Assembly: GCA_001816655.1 (NCBI GenBank)
Contig: MHCP01000030.1
Coordinates: 5,623-69,622, forward strand
From: Candidatus Woykebacteria bacterium RBG_13_40_15
GTDB taxonomy: Bacteria; Patescibacteriota; Microgenomatia; Woykebacterales; RBG-16-39-9b
Direction of reading: 5' to 3'
Length of the DNA: 64,000 nucleotides
The translations under genes and the position numbers were made by a program. Numbering within the stretch: position 1 is the stretch's first letter; each line of letters begins with the position of its first letter. Below, piece after piece: positions 38,686 to 48,693 of this stretch. The notes under the pieces were generated by a model. The model saw nothing but the letters and a program-made list of their open reading frames with translations, did not search any database and had not been told where the DNA came from.

Positions 38686-39537
38686 CTAAGGCGCCTCATT
38701 TTCCAGCTTAGAGATCCGTAGCTTGACATCCGATGGCTCTTCGAAGCCGTCAATACTCACCAGATGAAACTCGCGGACCTCCGTTTCCATACAGAGGAAA
38801 TCTGTTGAGAGAATCAGGCCGTATTCGATGTTCACGGTCTGACTCCCTGGCTGGATCTCAAACTCCCAGTTTCCCTCCACAGTCTCAGGTGGGTACCAAT
38901 GAAGGATGGGGAGCCCAGAGGCCTCACCACACCTGCTCTCATCGACCGGGTCGGTAGGGGGTAGGAAAGTATCGAACGACACGTACACTTCTACCTTATG
39001 GGCCTCTTGAGTCGGGTTCTCTACTTGGATCGGTATAGCTAGGATTCGTTCATCCTCGTAACCCCTACCCCTCATATTAGGGTTAGACGACTCCTCGGTC
39101 GTTATGAACTTTGGAGCAAGCGGAGTGAGCCCCATTCTGTCGAAGGCTTCCAAGACGTCCCGAAGTCTTATGATCTCATCTCTTCTCTTGGCTTCGTCGG
39201 GAAGCATCTTGAACTCACTTAAGGGGGAAGGCACGGGGTTGCTACCTCCCGGCCATGTAACAGTAATGGTGGCTCCCTTTTTCCACCACCCATCGCTATC
39301 CTGGAACTCCCCAGAAATAGCTGCTGTCACGGACATGATATTATCCGTGTAGTCGATCGTTACCTCCCTGTTTGGCTCGGGAATCTTGCCTTCGACCTCC
39401 TTTATGATCAGTTCTTTCGCCTGCGCGAGCCTTCCCTCAGAAGTCTTTGGCATGCTTGCCTTACTACTATCACAGCCGCATCCTACCAATGCGGCAGCCA
39501 TAAGGATCAAGGAAAAACCTGCTAATAGCGTTCTCAC
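38686..39537 (-). CDS. Hypothetical lipoprotein-like protein, visibly GC-richer than its flanks
   Basis: Signal peptide ending LVGC; no recognised domain. Confidence 0.6.
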   Translation of the reverse strand: MRTLLAGFSLILMAAALVGCGCDSSKASMPKTSEGRLAQAKELIIKEVEGKIPEPNREVTIDYTDNIMSVTAAISGEFQDSDGWWKKGATITVTWPGGSNPVPSPLSEFKMLPDEAKRRDEIIRLRDVLEAFDRMGLTPLAPKFITTEESSNPNMRGRGYEDERILAIPIQVENPTQEAHKVEVYVSFDTFLPPTDPVDESRCGEASGLPILHWYPPETVEGNWEFEIQPGSQTVNIEYGLILSTDFLCMETEVREFHLVSIDGFEEPSDVKLRISKLENEAP

Positions 39538-39784
39538 CGGTCACTCCCCCTTTTTCCGATTTTCCAATCTCGCTCTAACCAATTTGGGCTTATAATAGTA
39601 TTGTTTGCAGCAAAAAGCAAATTTTAAGAGCTTTTTTAGCGCAAGCAGACAAAAAAATTGATTATTTTAACCTATACCCGTAGCCTTCTTGTTCTAATTT
39701 GATACTTTGGGATATAATTAAGTTAATAACCCGCTAAAGCGTGATGTAAATAATTAACACGCCAATTAAGCGTAGTTATTACTT

Positions 39785-40282
39785 ATGAAAATAATTGTAA
39801 CAGCAGGGCGTGGTGAAGGTAGTACCACACTTTCAGCATTTGATGCCGCTTTGAAAGAGGCGGGGATTTTAAATTACAACATAATCCGTCTAACCTCGGT
39901 CATTCCACCTGGGACTGAAGTTGTTGAAGGAAAATGGCCAAACGGGCCGGCTGAACATGGTAAAAAACTCTATACCGTTTTATCTGACATGAGAACAGAC
40001 CTTCTTGGCCGATCGATTGCAGCTGGAATCGGTTGGTATCAAGACAAAGACGGAAGAGGAATCTTCGCAGAACATACAGATATAATAGAAAGTTTAAATG
40101 GAAAAGAAGCAGAAAGAAATGTCAGGCTAAAGATTCAAGCAACCATTAAAGATCTGTGTAAACATAGAGAGTATCAATTCGAATTGAAAAAACTAAAAAT
40201 GATTGTTTCTTCAGCCGAAGTAACAAATAAACCTACTTGCACACTCGTTGCGGCAGTTTACCAGTCAGAACCATTCAAATAG
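39785..40282 (+). CDS. Pyruvoyl-dependent arginine decarboxylase family protein
   Basis: SAFDAALKEAGILNYNIIRLTSVIPP (self-cleavage at T-S), AAGIGW, G.FAEH. Confidence 0.88.
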   Translation: MKIIVTAGRGEGSTTLSAFDAALKEAGILNYNIIRLTSVIPPGTEVVEGKWPNGPAEHGKKLYTVLSDMRTDLLGRSIAAGIGWYQDKDGRGIFAEHTDIIESLNGKEAERNVRLKIQATIKDLCKHREYQFELKKLKMIVSSAEVTNKPTCTLVAAVYQSEPFK

Positions 40283-40367
40283 CCTGAACTAGCCTCAAAA
40301 CTATAGGTTGATTTCCCTACTCAAATGTGGTAGAATTTATGCACAAAATAAATACAGAAGGAAGGGG

Positions 40368-40907
40368 ATGGCTAAATTGGCACTTTTAACAACTGCAAAG
40401 CGTCCACTCAGGTTTGCCATTACGGCCCTCCTTGCTATTCCAGTTATCGCTGGGGTGGTATGGGATGAGGTCTTGCTGGCAGGCCCAATCATATTCCTGG
40501 TCGACGTCTTTGGATTTTGGCTGGGGTATGTAGTTTTCTGCCTTGCGTGGGCAGGAATCGGCCTTTTTGTTCTCTCCGTATGGCTTCGAATCGAGCCGTG
40601 GGTCAAGAAGCATCTGCTCCACCCCATCTTTGGCAAGAGAGAATCCAAAAACAAAAAGGAGGAAAGGTCGAAAAGCTGGCGTGAAAGGCTAGTGTTTTGG
40701 TTTGCTCGTATGACACGGGCAATCGGAGCGCTAGCAGCAGCGGTAATCCTAGGACCTGTATACGGCTGGGCGGTTTTCAAACTGCTTGGTTATCGTGAGC
40801 GGGACGTCTACATCCTAACCCTAATCGCCACCTGGATCTTTGGCGCGATCTGGGTACCGTTTTATGGCTTGGGCGTATGGGGTTTCGGCCTCAGCCGACT
40901 GTTCTAA
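40368..40907 (+). CDS. Hypothetical multi-TM membrane protein
   Basis: Hydrophobic ORF; SD GAAGGGG before the ATG at 40368. Confidence 0.65.
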   Translation: MAKLALLTTAKRPLRFAITALLAIPVIAGVVWDEVLLAGPIIFLVDVFGFWLGYVVFCLAWAGIGLFVLSVWLRIEPWVKKHLLHPIFGKRESKNKKEERSKSWRERLVFWFARMTRAIGALAAAVILGPVYGWAVFKLLGYRERDVYILTLIATWIFGAIWVPFYGLGVWGFGLSRLF

Positions 40908-40926
40908 AGAAGGAGGCAGACCAGTC

Positions 40927-41514
40927 ATGACAATCGGTACACCACGGACAGATGTTGTGGTCTCTACCAAGGACGATTTCTCGGAAGAGGAGATCGAACA
41001 TCTCTGGGAGATGTACGACGAAGCCTTTAAGGCTAAACGTACGGAAAACCCATGCAGACAGTACTATCGCCACAACGATTTCTGCGATGCGATGAAGCAT
41101 CCCGATTTCGTCAGGCTAATTGGCACTGACCGTGGGGAGGTAAGGTTCTTCTGCCTCTTAACCCGGCAGTTTGAACTGATCCCCTGGATAGAACCAGCCT
41201 ACTACGAGTGCCACTACCCGCAGTTTGTAGGGCACATGATCTACATCCCTGTGATCTTCGTGCCAATCAATCTGAAGGGAGCTGGGTACTTCAGACCCCT
41301 CGTCGAGGCGATTCAACGGCATATGTGGGAATACAACATCTGGGCAGTCCTCTACGACCATGGTGGTGCAGGAGCAATCAGTCTACTAACTGAGATGATC
41401 CTTCGCACCCCCAACATAAAATCTCTGGGGACCATCGGCACCCAGGTGTACAAAGGTGTCGTGACATTCCCACCCGGTAAATGGCCTGAAGGACTCCGCT
41501 TGAAGGCGATGTAG
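40927..41514 (+). CDS. Hypothetical protein with GNAT-like (acyltransferase) fold
   Basis: SD AGGAGG before the ATG at 40927; LWEMYDEAF helix; IFVPINLKGAGYFRPLV resembles GNAT motif A. Confidence 0.55.
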   Translation: MTIGTPRTDVVVSTKDDFSEEEIEHLWEMYDEAFKAKRTENPCRQYYRHNDFCDAMKHPDFVRLIGTDRGEVRFFCLLTRQFELIPWIEPAYYECHYPQFVGHMIYIPVIFVPINLKGAGYFRPLVEAIQRHMWEYNIWAVLYDHGGAGAISLLTEMILRTPNIKSLGTIGTQVYKGVVTFPPGKWPEGLRLKAM

Positions 41515-41553
41515 CATCAGGACATGCAGTAGTGTTTTGGACCCATGATCACT

Positions 41554-41588
41554 GAGGGTAGCCATCCAGGTTACCCTCTCCCTTTTTC
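41554..41588 (+). terminator. Rho-independent terminator
   Basis: GAGGGTAGCC-atcca-GGTTACCCTC followed by a T-rich tail. Confidence 0.65.
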
Positions 41589-41626
41589 ATTGAAAAAAAA
41601 TAAGCAATCAATTAATATAGAACCAG

Positions 41627-43882
41627 ATGGCCACAAATAACTTTATTTCAATAGCCACAGTTATTACCTCTTTTTTACTTGGTACGTACATAATTTATAA
41701 AGACCCCAGGAATAAAATAAATCTAGCTTTCGCTGTGTCGACTTTTTGTGTAACAGGTTGGGTGTTAGTAAATTATTTAGCTGACACCGCTAAAACTCCA
41801 GAACAAGCACTATTTTGGGCACGCATGGCACTAGCCACACCTATAATAATACCCTTGAGCTTACTATATTTTTCTCGGGTCTTTCCAATACAAAGCAAGC
41901 CATTTAAGAGATTAAATTGGTTTTTAATTTCTCTTCCAACTATTATTATTCTGATTCTAACTCCAACAAAACTTAACATAGGAAATGTAAGCTTTACTGA
42001 TTCAGGTCAAGAAACCATCGTCGGACCACTTTATATCCCGTTCGCCATTTATTTTATTGCTTATATATTTGCAACTTTTTTTAACTTATTTAAGTCATAT
42101 AAAACGTTGGGCGGTAGTTATAAAAACCAAATTAGGTACTTATTTCTTGGCTTAACTGGATTTTTCGTAATAGCATTATTAACAAATGCGGTACTTCCAA
42201 TATTTGGGTTGTCTTCATTAGTCAGTTTTGGCCCATTAGCTTCCTTGATATTCTTATTCTCAGTAAGCTATGCCATAGTAAAGCATAGACTCTTAGATAT
42301 AGAAGTTATTATTCGGCGGTCTCTTGTCTATTCAATCCTCTTAGCCACCCTAACCGGTCTTTACTCAATTCTCGTCTTTGGTTTGAATCGTGTTTTTCTA
42401 CCGGAAGGAACCGCAGCTTTCCCAAGAATCACAGATATTATCGCTATTGTTTTAGTTGCTTTGACAGTGGATCCTCTCAAGCGAATAATTGAAAGGTCCA
42501 CAGACAAAGTTTTCTTCAAAGCCCGTTACAATATGGAAGAGACTCTAAACCAAGTCTCGGAAAAGATAGCTTCTGTTATTGAGCTACCTCAACTTGTTGC
42601 AGAAATAAAAAAAGTACTAAAGGAGAGTGTTAAAGTAAGTAAAGTAGCTATTTATGCAAAGGCTGATCACCATTATGTACTCCTAGACAGTACTAATGAT
42701 TTCCACCACCACTTAGATATCTCAACCGAGAAAAAACATTTCATTAAAGACTATCTTGAAAAAAACCCCAAGCTCGTTGTTCTCAGTGACGTAAATCAAG
42801 ACCTGCAAGACAATAAATGGGTGGATCCCAGTCTTGCTGAAACAGTAAAAGCTTTAAGCGAGCACAAGGTTGAAATAATTGCCCCGCTTCTCGTCAAAGG
42901 AGGGCTAACGGGTGCAATGTTTCTAGGCGAAAAACTTTCCCAAGATATTTACTCCAACGAAGACCTACGATTTATTGAGATCCTATCCCACCAAGCAGCT
43001 TTAGCACTTGAAAACGCAAAGCTTTATCAAGAAGAAAAATTGTATGGCGTCCACTTAAAACAAGAGGTGGAAAATGCAACTACGAATCTGCGGGCGGCAA
43101 ATGAAAGATTGAAGGAACTTGATCAGGCGAAGGATGAATTTGTTTCTGTCGCAAGCCATGAACTGCGTACCCCTATGACGGCTATTAAATCTTATATCTG
43201 GCTTGCTTTGCACAATCGAGCTGGTGAAGTAAACGATAAGCTACGCGACTATTTAGATAAAGTCTATACTTCTTCCGAGCGAATGATTGCTCTAATCGGC
43301 GATATGTTGAATGTTTCAAGAATTGAAACAGGCAGAATCCAAATGGAAATTGCGGTTGTTTCTGTTTATAAAGTAGTCGAAATGATCTTAAGCGACCTGT
43401 CTGCAAAGGCTGCGGAACTTGGGGTAACCTTAACGGCTGAAAAAGAAAATATAATTCCCCTAGTCAAAGCTGACAGGAATAAACTAGCAGAAATTCTAAT
43501 GAATCTTGCTGGCAATTCCTTGAAATTCACACCGAGAGGAGGGAAAGTGGTCATTACAGCTAAAAAGAATGGCAGCGCTGTCGAAATTTCCGTAGCTGAC
43601 ACTGGTGTTGGAATTTCCAAGGAAAATATGACCAGGCTTTTTGCGAAATTTGGCCGGATTGAGAGTTCTTATGCAACGGCTGGCCAGGCCGCCTCAACTG
43701 GCACAGGACTTGGACTATGGATCTCCAAAAACTACGTAGAAAAAATGGGCGGTAAGATCTGGGTAAATAGCACTCTCGGCAAAGGTACTACATTTACCTT
43801 CTCCCTTCCGGTAGCTTCCGGAGCCAAGGAAGAAACGGAAATCAAAGAAGAATCTTTTGTCCCTCGGAAAGTCATAACCTAA
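41627..43882 (+). CDS. Sensor histidine kinase (HisKA_7TM-like membrane domain + GAF + HisKA + HATPase)
   Basis: Multi-TM N-terminus, YAIVKHRL, GEKLS..Y..ED GAF motif, SHELRTP, NSLKFT, DTGVG, GTGLGL. Confidence 0.93.
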   Translation: MATNNFISIATVITSFLLGTYIIYKDPRNKINLAFAVSTFCVTGWVLVNYLADTAKTPEQALFWARMALATPIIIPLSLLYFSRVFPIQSKPFKRLNWFLISLPTIIILILTPTKLNIGNVSFTDSGQETIVGPLYIPFAIYFIAYIFATFFNLFKSYKTLGGSYKNQIRYLFLGLTGFFVIALLTNAVLPIFGLSSLVSFGPLASLIFLFSVSYAIVKHRLLDIEVIIRRSLVYSILLATLTGLYSILVFGLNRVFLPEGTAAFPRITDIIAIVLVALTVDPLKRIIERSTDKVFFKARYNMEETLNQVSEKIASVIELPQLVAEIKKVLKESVKVSKVAIYAKADHHYVLLDSTNDFHHHLDISTEKKHFIKDYLEKNPKLVVLSDVNQDLQDNKWVDPSLAETVKALSEHKVEIIAPLLVKGGLTGAMFLGEKLSQDIYSNEDLRFIEILSHQAALALENAKLYQEEKLYGVHLKQEVENATTNLRAANERLKELDQAKDEFVSVASHELRTPMTAIKSYIWLALHNRAGEVNDKLRDYLDKVYTSSERMIALIGDMLNVSRIETGRIQMEIAVVSVYKVVEMILSDLSAKAAELGVTLTAEKENIIPLVKADRNKLAEILMNLAGNSLKFTPRGGKVVITAKKNGSAVEISVADTGVGISKENMTRLFAKFGRIESSYATAGQAASTGTGLGLWISKNYVEKMGGKIWVNSTLGKGTTFTFSLPVASGAKEETEIKEESFVPRKVIT

Positions 43883-43884
43883 AG

Positions 43885-44178
43885 ATGAGATTATTTATTG
43901 ACACCGCAGTCGCAAAAAAAGCAGTTGTTTCAATTTTTGATGGGAAAAAACTAATTGCTAGTGAGGAGGCTTCTCAGCCGTTAGTCGCGATTGACAAACT
44001 TTTGAAAAAAACCAGCAAGAAACTGGAAGATTTTGACGAAATTTCCTCCCATCCTGGTCCTGGCTCTTTCACGGGCTTACGCGTTGGCACCGCAGTTGCG
44101 ATGACCTTAAATTTCGCCCTCGGGAGAAAAGTTGAAATTCCAGATTTGAAGTACGAATGGCCACCAAAAAAGAAATAG
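43885..44178 (+). CDS. tsaB: Short TsaB-like protein
   Basis: LFIDT, GPGSFTGLRVG; only the N-terminal domain is present. Confidence 0.82.
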   Translation: MRLFIDTAVAKKAVVSIFDGKKLIASEEASQPLVAIDKLLKKTSKKLEDFDEISSHPGPGSFTGLRVGTAVAMTLNFALGRKVEIPDLKYEWPPKKK

Positions 44179-44179
44179 A

Positions 44180-44998
44180 TTACTTAATTAGTATGGCCCA
44201 AGCGATTAAGAAAATCCCAAATAAAACTCTATAAACAACAAAAATATTGAAATCGTGCTTTTGGACAAATCCAAGTAAAAGCTTTATCGCTAAAATCCCG
44301 GAAATAGTTGCAAAAATAAAGCCCGTCAGAAAGATTGGAAAATCAGCCCCTCCTTGAAAATCTTTAGCTGAAAGTAGTCCTGCTCCTAAAACTGCCGGAG
44401 TTGACAGCAAAAATGAGAAGCGAACAGCAGAAGTTCTATCAAACTTTTGCGAGCGGCCTGCAGTAATTGTAATACCACTTCGCGAAACGCCAGGAATTAA
44501 AGAAATTGTCTGGGCTACTCCAATAAAAATTGAATCGAACAAATTTGCCTGCGCAGTTTTTCTTTCTTGAACGCTTACCTTGTCCGTCCACCAAAGAAGT
44601 AAGCCAAAAATAACCATAGTCACACCAACAAGTAGAGCACTTCGAAAAGCGGTTTCAATCGTATCTTTAAATAAGATTCCAACGAAAGCAGCTGGAATAG
44701 AACCAACTATTAATAAAATTAGTAATCTCGCATCCGAATCTGAAGAAATACCCCTAAAACCTCTCAGCGTTTGAGCAATAAAAGAGGTTGTTAACCTTAC
44801 CCAATCTCTCCAGAAAAAACCTATTAAAGCAGCTGCTGTCCCAAGATGGGCTGCAATATCAAAATCCAAAGAATTGACTACGCCATTCCAACCAAAAATC
44901 TGCGGCAAGACAATCAAATGTCCCGATGAAGAAATCGGGAAAAATTCAGTTAATCCCTGTATTATTCCTAAAACAGCTGCTTGAAAAATTTGGATCAC
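44180..44998 (-). CDS. uppP: Undecaprenyl-diphosphatase BacA
   Basis: QGLTEFFPISSSGH, PGVSRSG, FSFLLS. Confidence 0.96.
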   Translation of the reverse strand: MIQIFQAAVLGIIQGLTEFFPISSSGHLIVLPQIFGWNGVVNSLDFDIAAHLGTAAALIGFFWRDWVRLTTSFIAQTLRGFRGISSDSDARLLILLIVGSIPAAFVGILFKDTIETAFRSALLVGVTMVIFGLLLWWTDKVSVQERKTAQANLFDSIFIGVAQTISLIPGVSRSGITITAGRSQKFDRTSAVRFSFLLSTPAVLGAGLLSAKDFQGGADFPIFLTGFIFATISGILAIKLLLGFVQKHDFNIFVVYRVLFGIFLIAWAILIK

Positions 44999-45003
44999 GT
45001 AAA

Positions 45004-45654
45004 CTAAGCCCTTTCAGCAACAACAATTACGTTATCAAGCGTCCTACTACCCCGTACTATAAAAAAACTTACCTTTGAAAAAATACTATTTATAAAATTT
45101 TCGTAATCTTCCAATTCCTGCTTTCCTTTGAAAATTTTGTTAATAGTTACTCTTCCACCGTCTTTCAGCAAATTTTTTACAGAAGAGAAAAACTCGTCTG
45201 TCTCAACACCAGGTGGCGCCCTGTTACTCATAAAAAGATCTATGCATATAAGATCGTATTTAAACCTAGCTTCTTTAACAAACTTAATAGCGTCGTCAAT
45301 GATGATGTTTACATTTGGTTCGTTCAAGGAAAAGTAGTTTTTTGCGATCTTAATAACCTCTGGGTCTATTTCTACCCCATCGATTGCAATAGGACCAAAA
45401 CGCCTTGTAAGCATCTTGGCCACAGTCCCAGCCCCTAACCCTAAAATGAGTACTCTAGAATCCTCCCTTAAAGAAATGTCTTCGGGTATCATCCTATCCC
45501 AACAAGGTTGCCCTGTACAACCGTCAGATCTAAGAGATTGACTTTGAGTAAAACCGCCGATAATGAGGCGGCGTATTCCGGAATTTTCAGCAACTTTTAT
45601 TTCACCACTAATCTCGCTTCTATCTTTGAATAGAATCTTGTCCCATATACTCAT
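45004..45654 (-). CDS. Spermidine-synthase-like SAM-dependent methyltransferase
   Basis: VLILGLGAG, VEIDP, DDA, YDLICIDLF. Confidence 0.8.
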   Translation of the reverse strand: MSIWDKILFKDRSEISGEIKVAENSGIRRLIIGGFTQSQSLRSDGCTGQPCWDRMIPEDISLREDSRVLILGLGAGTVAKMLTRRFGPIAIDGVEIDPEVIKIAKNYFSLNEPNVNIIIDDAIKFVKEARFKYDLICIDLFMSNRAPPGVETDEFFSSVKNLLKDGGRVTINKIFKGKQELEDYENFINSIFSKVSFFIVRGSRTLDNVIVVAERA

Positions 45655-46849
45655 GGAGAGCCTTTGGAAGTTTTACACTGCCATCTTTTTGTTGGTGGTT
45701 TTCTAGAATTGCGATAATCGTCCGAGAAAGAGCAATTGCAGTTCCGTTTAATGTATAAACATATTTAATTTCGTTTCCTTCTCTGTATCGAATATTCAAT
45801 CGCCGTGCTTGATAATCAGTTGTGTTGGACGCACTCGTAAGCTCCCTGTAAATTTTATTAACCGGATCCCAATATTCAATATCGTATTTAAGGTAAGCCG
45901 GTGCGCTCATTTCACCAGAGCAAATATTAACTATACGGTAGGGGATTTCTAGAGCTTGGCAGATTTCTTCTTGCAATGAAATTATTTCCTCGAAGGCTTT
46001 ATCCGAGTCGGAAGGATTAACGAATTTGAAGATTTCTACTTTATCAAATTCATGAACTCGAAATATCCCGTGAGTATATTTTCCGTAGGTGCCGGCTTCC
46101 TTCCGGAAACACGGGGAAAAACCAGCATAATTTTTTGGTAGCTCCTTTTCGGACAATACTTCGTCGGAATGCAGACCAGCAAGAGGAATCTCTGCTGTAG
46201 CGATCAAATAAAGATCTTCGCCCTCGATTTTGTAAATATCGGGTTCTTCCCTCTTGGGAAGGTACCCCGTGCCTTCAACAAACTGTTTCCTAACAAGAGC
46301 CGGGGTAATTACCGGTGGGTATCCTTTTTTGGAGAGAAAATCGGTAACCCAATTGAGTAAAGCTAACTCTAGATTAGCTCCCAATCCCATAAGAAAATAA
46401 AATCCGTGACCTGAAATTTTTGCCGCTCTTTCCTGATCGATAATTCCCAAACTTTTTCCTAGATCCAAATGATCCTTTGGTTCAAAATCAAATTCGGTTG
46501 GCTTTCCCCATTTTTTTATTTCAACGTTATCTTCTTCCCCCTTACCTCTCGGAACATTTGGAGAAAGAATATTTGGAACCTGCTCCATATACTCGTTCAG
46601 CTCTGCCTCTACAGCTGCTAACCCTGCTTCTTTTTTCGATAGTTCTTCTTTTAGCTTTTTTCCCTTTTCGATTTCCTTTTTGGTAGCAATTTCTCGTCTA
46701 CCATGCCTCAACTCTTCCACTTCTCTAATAAGCTTTCTTCTTTCCTCGTCAATTTCCAAAATATGCGCTAGATCAACAACTACGCGCCTTTTTTCAAGTA
46801 TTTCTGAAACTTCTTTTAAATTATCCCTAATATAATTTACGTCTAACAT
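45620..46849 (-). CDS. serS: Serine--tRNA ligase
   Basis: LIATAE, FRKEAG, RVHEFDKVE, TLNGT. Confidence 0.97.
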   Translation of the reverse strand: MLDVNYIRDNLKEVSEILEKRRVVVDLAHILEIDEERRKLIREVEELRHGRREIATKKEIEKGKKLKEELSKKEAGLAAVEAELNEYMEQVPNILSPNVPRGKGEEDNVEIKKWGKPTEFDFEPKDHLDLGKSLGIIDQERAAKISGHGFYFLMGLGANLELALLNWVTDFLSKKGYPPVITPALVRKQFVEGTGYLPKREEPDIYKIEGEDLYLIATAEIPLAGLHSDEVLSEKELPKNYAGFSPCFRKEAGTYGKYTHGIFRVHEFDKVEIFKFVNPSDSDKAFEEIISLQEEICQALEIPYRIVNICSGEMSAPAYLKYDIEYWDPVNKIYRELTSASNTTDYQARRLNIRYREGNEIKYVYTLNGTAIALSRTIIAILENHQQKDGSVKLPKALHEYMGQDSIQR

Positions 46850-46850
46850 A

Positions 46851-47078
46851 CTATTTACCTGATTTTAAAATATTCCTTGCACTACTCGCAAATTTTTCCG
46901 GCACCCAAATTGTCCGGCTAGCCCCCGGAACACCAAAGACACCAGCGCCAGCAGATTCATTACCAAGCCTTGTTGGGATACCTAGGTTAGAAAGTTTTTC
47001 AATCAACATCTCTGCCATCGCCGACGATTCTGCAGTATAAACAGCAATCTCTACTAGATTTTCTTTCTTTTTAGCCAT
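46851..47078 (-). CDS. DUF2007-like small protein
   Basis: AEML...L...GI.....IWVPE pattern; operonic between lysK and serS. Confidence 0.6.
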   Translation of the reverse strand: MAKKKENLVEIAVYTAESSAMAEMLIEKLSNLGIPTRLGNESAGAGVFGVPGASRTIWVPEKFASSARNILKSGK

Positions 47079-48618
47079 TTACAACTTCCGTAAATCTTTT
47101 CTTAACGAATTCTCTATCTAAACTCAACATAAGCCAAGCTGCTTTTGGTCCTGATTCTTTTCCGAGAAGTGCGACATAAATTGCGGAGAACGTTTCGGCG
47201 GAAGAAAGTCCTAGATCCTTACCGACTTTGTAAATTTCATTTTGGAAATCCTCCGGTCCGCCAGCTGGCGGATCTTCCAGCTCTTCTGCAATTTTTAAAA
47301 GTAACTTTCTTTGACTTTCAGAAAGTTCTTTTACTTCTTTTGGCAAGCTCTCTTTAACGCTGAATTTAACATTTTCTGGGGCGAATCTTTCAATGTAGAT
47401 TTTTACGTAGCCAACACGTTTCTCAAGCGCTTTTCTTTCTTCTTCAGTTAAATCTTTTCCTTTTTGCTTTTTAGCTTCGTCGGAAATGTTGATGTTTGGC
47501 ATCTGTACTAAATTAACTAAATCCCGGAATCTTAGAACAAAAATTTCCGAGGGCTGGGAGTCAGTGTGGGACAATCCCCAGACTTCTTTAATTTCTGGAT
47601 CTTTCGAGACTTTTGCCGAATCAAAATCATCAAAAAGCTTTGGAATTGTGTCTGGCTCTGTCGGATCAAAATCTAAATGCTGCGCAGGCCTGGTTCTAAT
47701 TATTAAAAAGCGCAGAACTACTGGTGGTAATATTTCTGAAATTTCTTTTGCTGACACCCCAATTCCCTTGGAACTACTCATCTTTTTACCAGAAACCAGG
47801 AAGTGTTCGTACGGAATGTTGTACGCTGGTTCTATTTTGAAAACCTCCTTTGCGATTGCCTCAGCAGTGTCCCGGGTGCCACCTTTTGAAATATGATCTT
47901 TGCCGGCACCTTCTACAGTAATACAGAAAGCCGCCCATTTTGCCGGCCACTCAACCCTAAATGGAAGCTTCCCGGTTCCTCCATATGGGCTAACACTACC
48001 CTCATAACCACAGCCCTTTGCCCAATCCACCTTTTTTTCGTCGCATTTATAATAAACTAGCTTACCATCCCAATCTGTAGCAATGGTTGTACCTATTTTC
48101 CCGCATTTCTCGCAGACTGGTTGGAATGGAATAAAATCGCGAGGTCTCTTTGAACCGGAAACTTTTTCGTAAATTTCTTGAATTTTTTCTGCCGAGTCTA
48201 GTGCTATTTTTATTTGCTTATCAAGCTTGCCCTCCTTATAAATCTTTGATGTCCACAAAATTTCTGGATTTGCTCCAAGCTCTTTAAAAACGTTGATGAA
48301 TTCTGTGGCAAAATATTCTGCGTAAGAAACCTTGCCTTCCGGTGCTGGAACATCTTTAAGAGGAGTTCCCATATATTTTTCATATTTTTCTTTTGGTAAA
48401 TAAGTGGGGAGGGAGTCCATTGGATCAAAATCGTCAATAATATAGGTGTATTTGGCTTCTACTTTTTCGGTGAGAAGCGATTTGTAAATTAGATCGTGAA
48501 TGAGAACCCCACGTAAAGCGCCAACGTGAACTCTGCCTGAAGGGGTTTTGGCGTCGTTGACAAGTTGGGCTCTCCCTTTTTCTTTCAGTTTTTTCGCTAT
48601 TTCACCTGCCCAAAACAT
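47071..48618 (-). CDS. lysK: Class I lysine--tRNA ligase
   Basis: MFWA, TPSGRVHVG, GKDH, KMSSSKG. Confidence 0.96.
   Translation of the reverse strand: MFWAGEIAKKLKEKGRAQLVNDAKTPSGRVHVGALRGVLIHDLIYKSLLTEKVEAKYTYIIDDFDPMDSLPTYLPKEKYEKYMGTPLKDVPAPEGKVSYAEYFATEFINVFKELGANPEILWTSKIYKEGKLDKQIKIALDSAEKIQEIYEKVSGSKRPRDFIPFQPVCEKCGKIGTTIATDWDGKLVYYKCDEKKVDWAKGCGYEGSVSPYGGTGKLPFRVEWPAKWAAFCITVEGAGKDHISKGGTRDTAEAIAKEVFKIEPAYNIPYEHFLVSGKKMSSSKGIGVSAKEISEILPPVVLRFLIIRTRPAQHLDFDPTEPDTIPKLFDDFDSAKVSKDPEIKEVWGLSHTDSQPSEIFVLRFRDLVNLVQMPNINISDEAKKQKGKDLTEEERKALEKRVGYVKIYIERFAPENVKFSVKESLPKEVKELSESQRKLLLKIAEELEDPPAGGPEDFQNEIYKVGKDLGLSSAETFSAIYVALLGKESGPKAAWLMLSLDREFVKKRFTEVVNG
47256..47274. repeat. Palindromic element within the lysK reading frame
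   Basis: GTCCGCCAGCTGGCGGATC, encoding DPPAGGP; identical to 60390-60408. Confidence 0.85.
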
Positions 48619-48663
48619 ACGTCTTTAGTATAGACGAATAGTAATTTGGTAGCAATAACGATT

Positions 48664-48693
48664 GAAGCCCCCACGGTTACCCGAAGGGGCTTC
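48664..48693 (-). terminator. Hairpin after the HD-like gene
   Basis: GAAGCCCC...GGGGCTTC. Confidence 0.5.
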
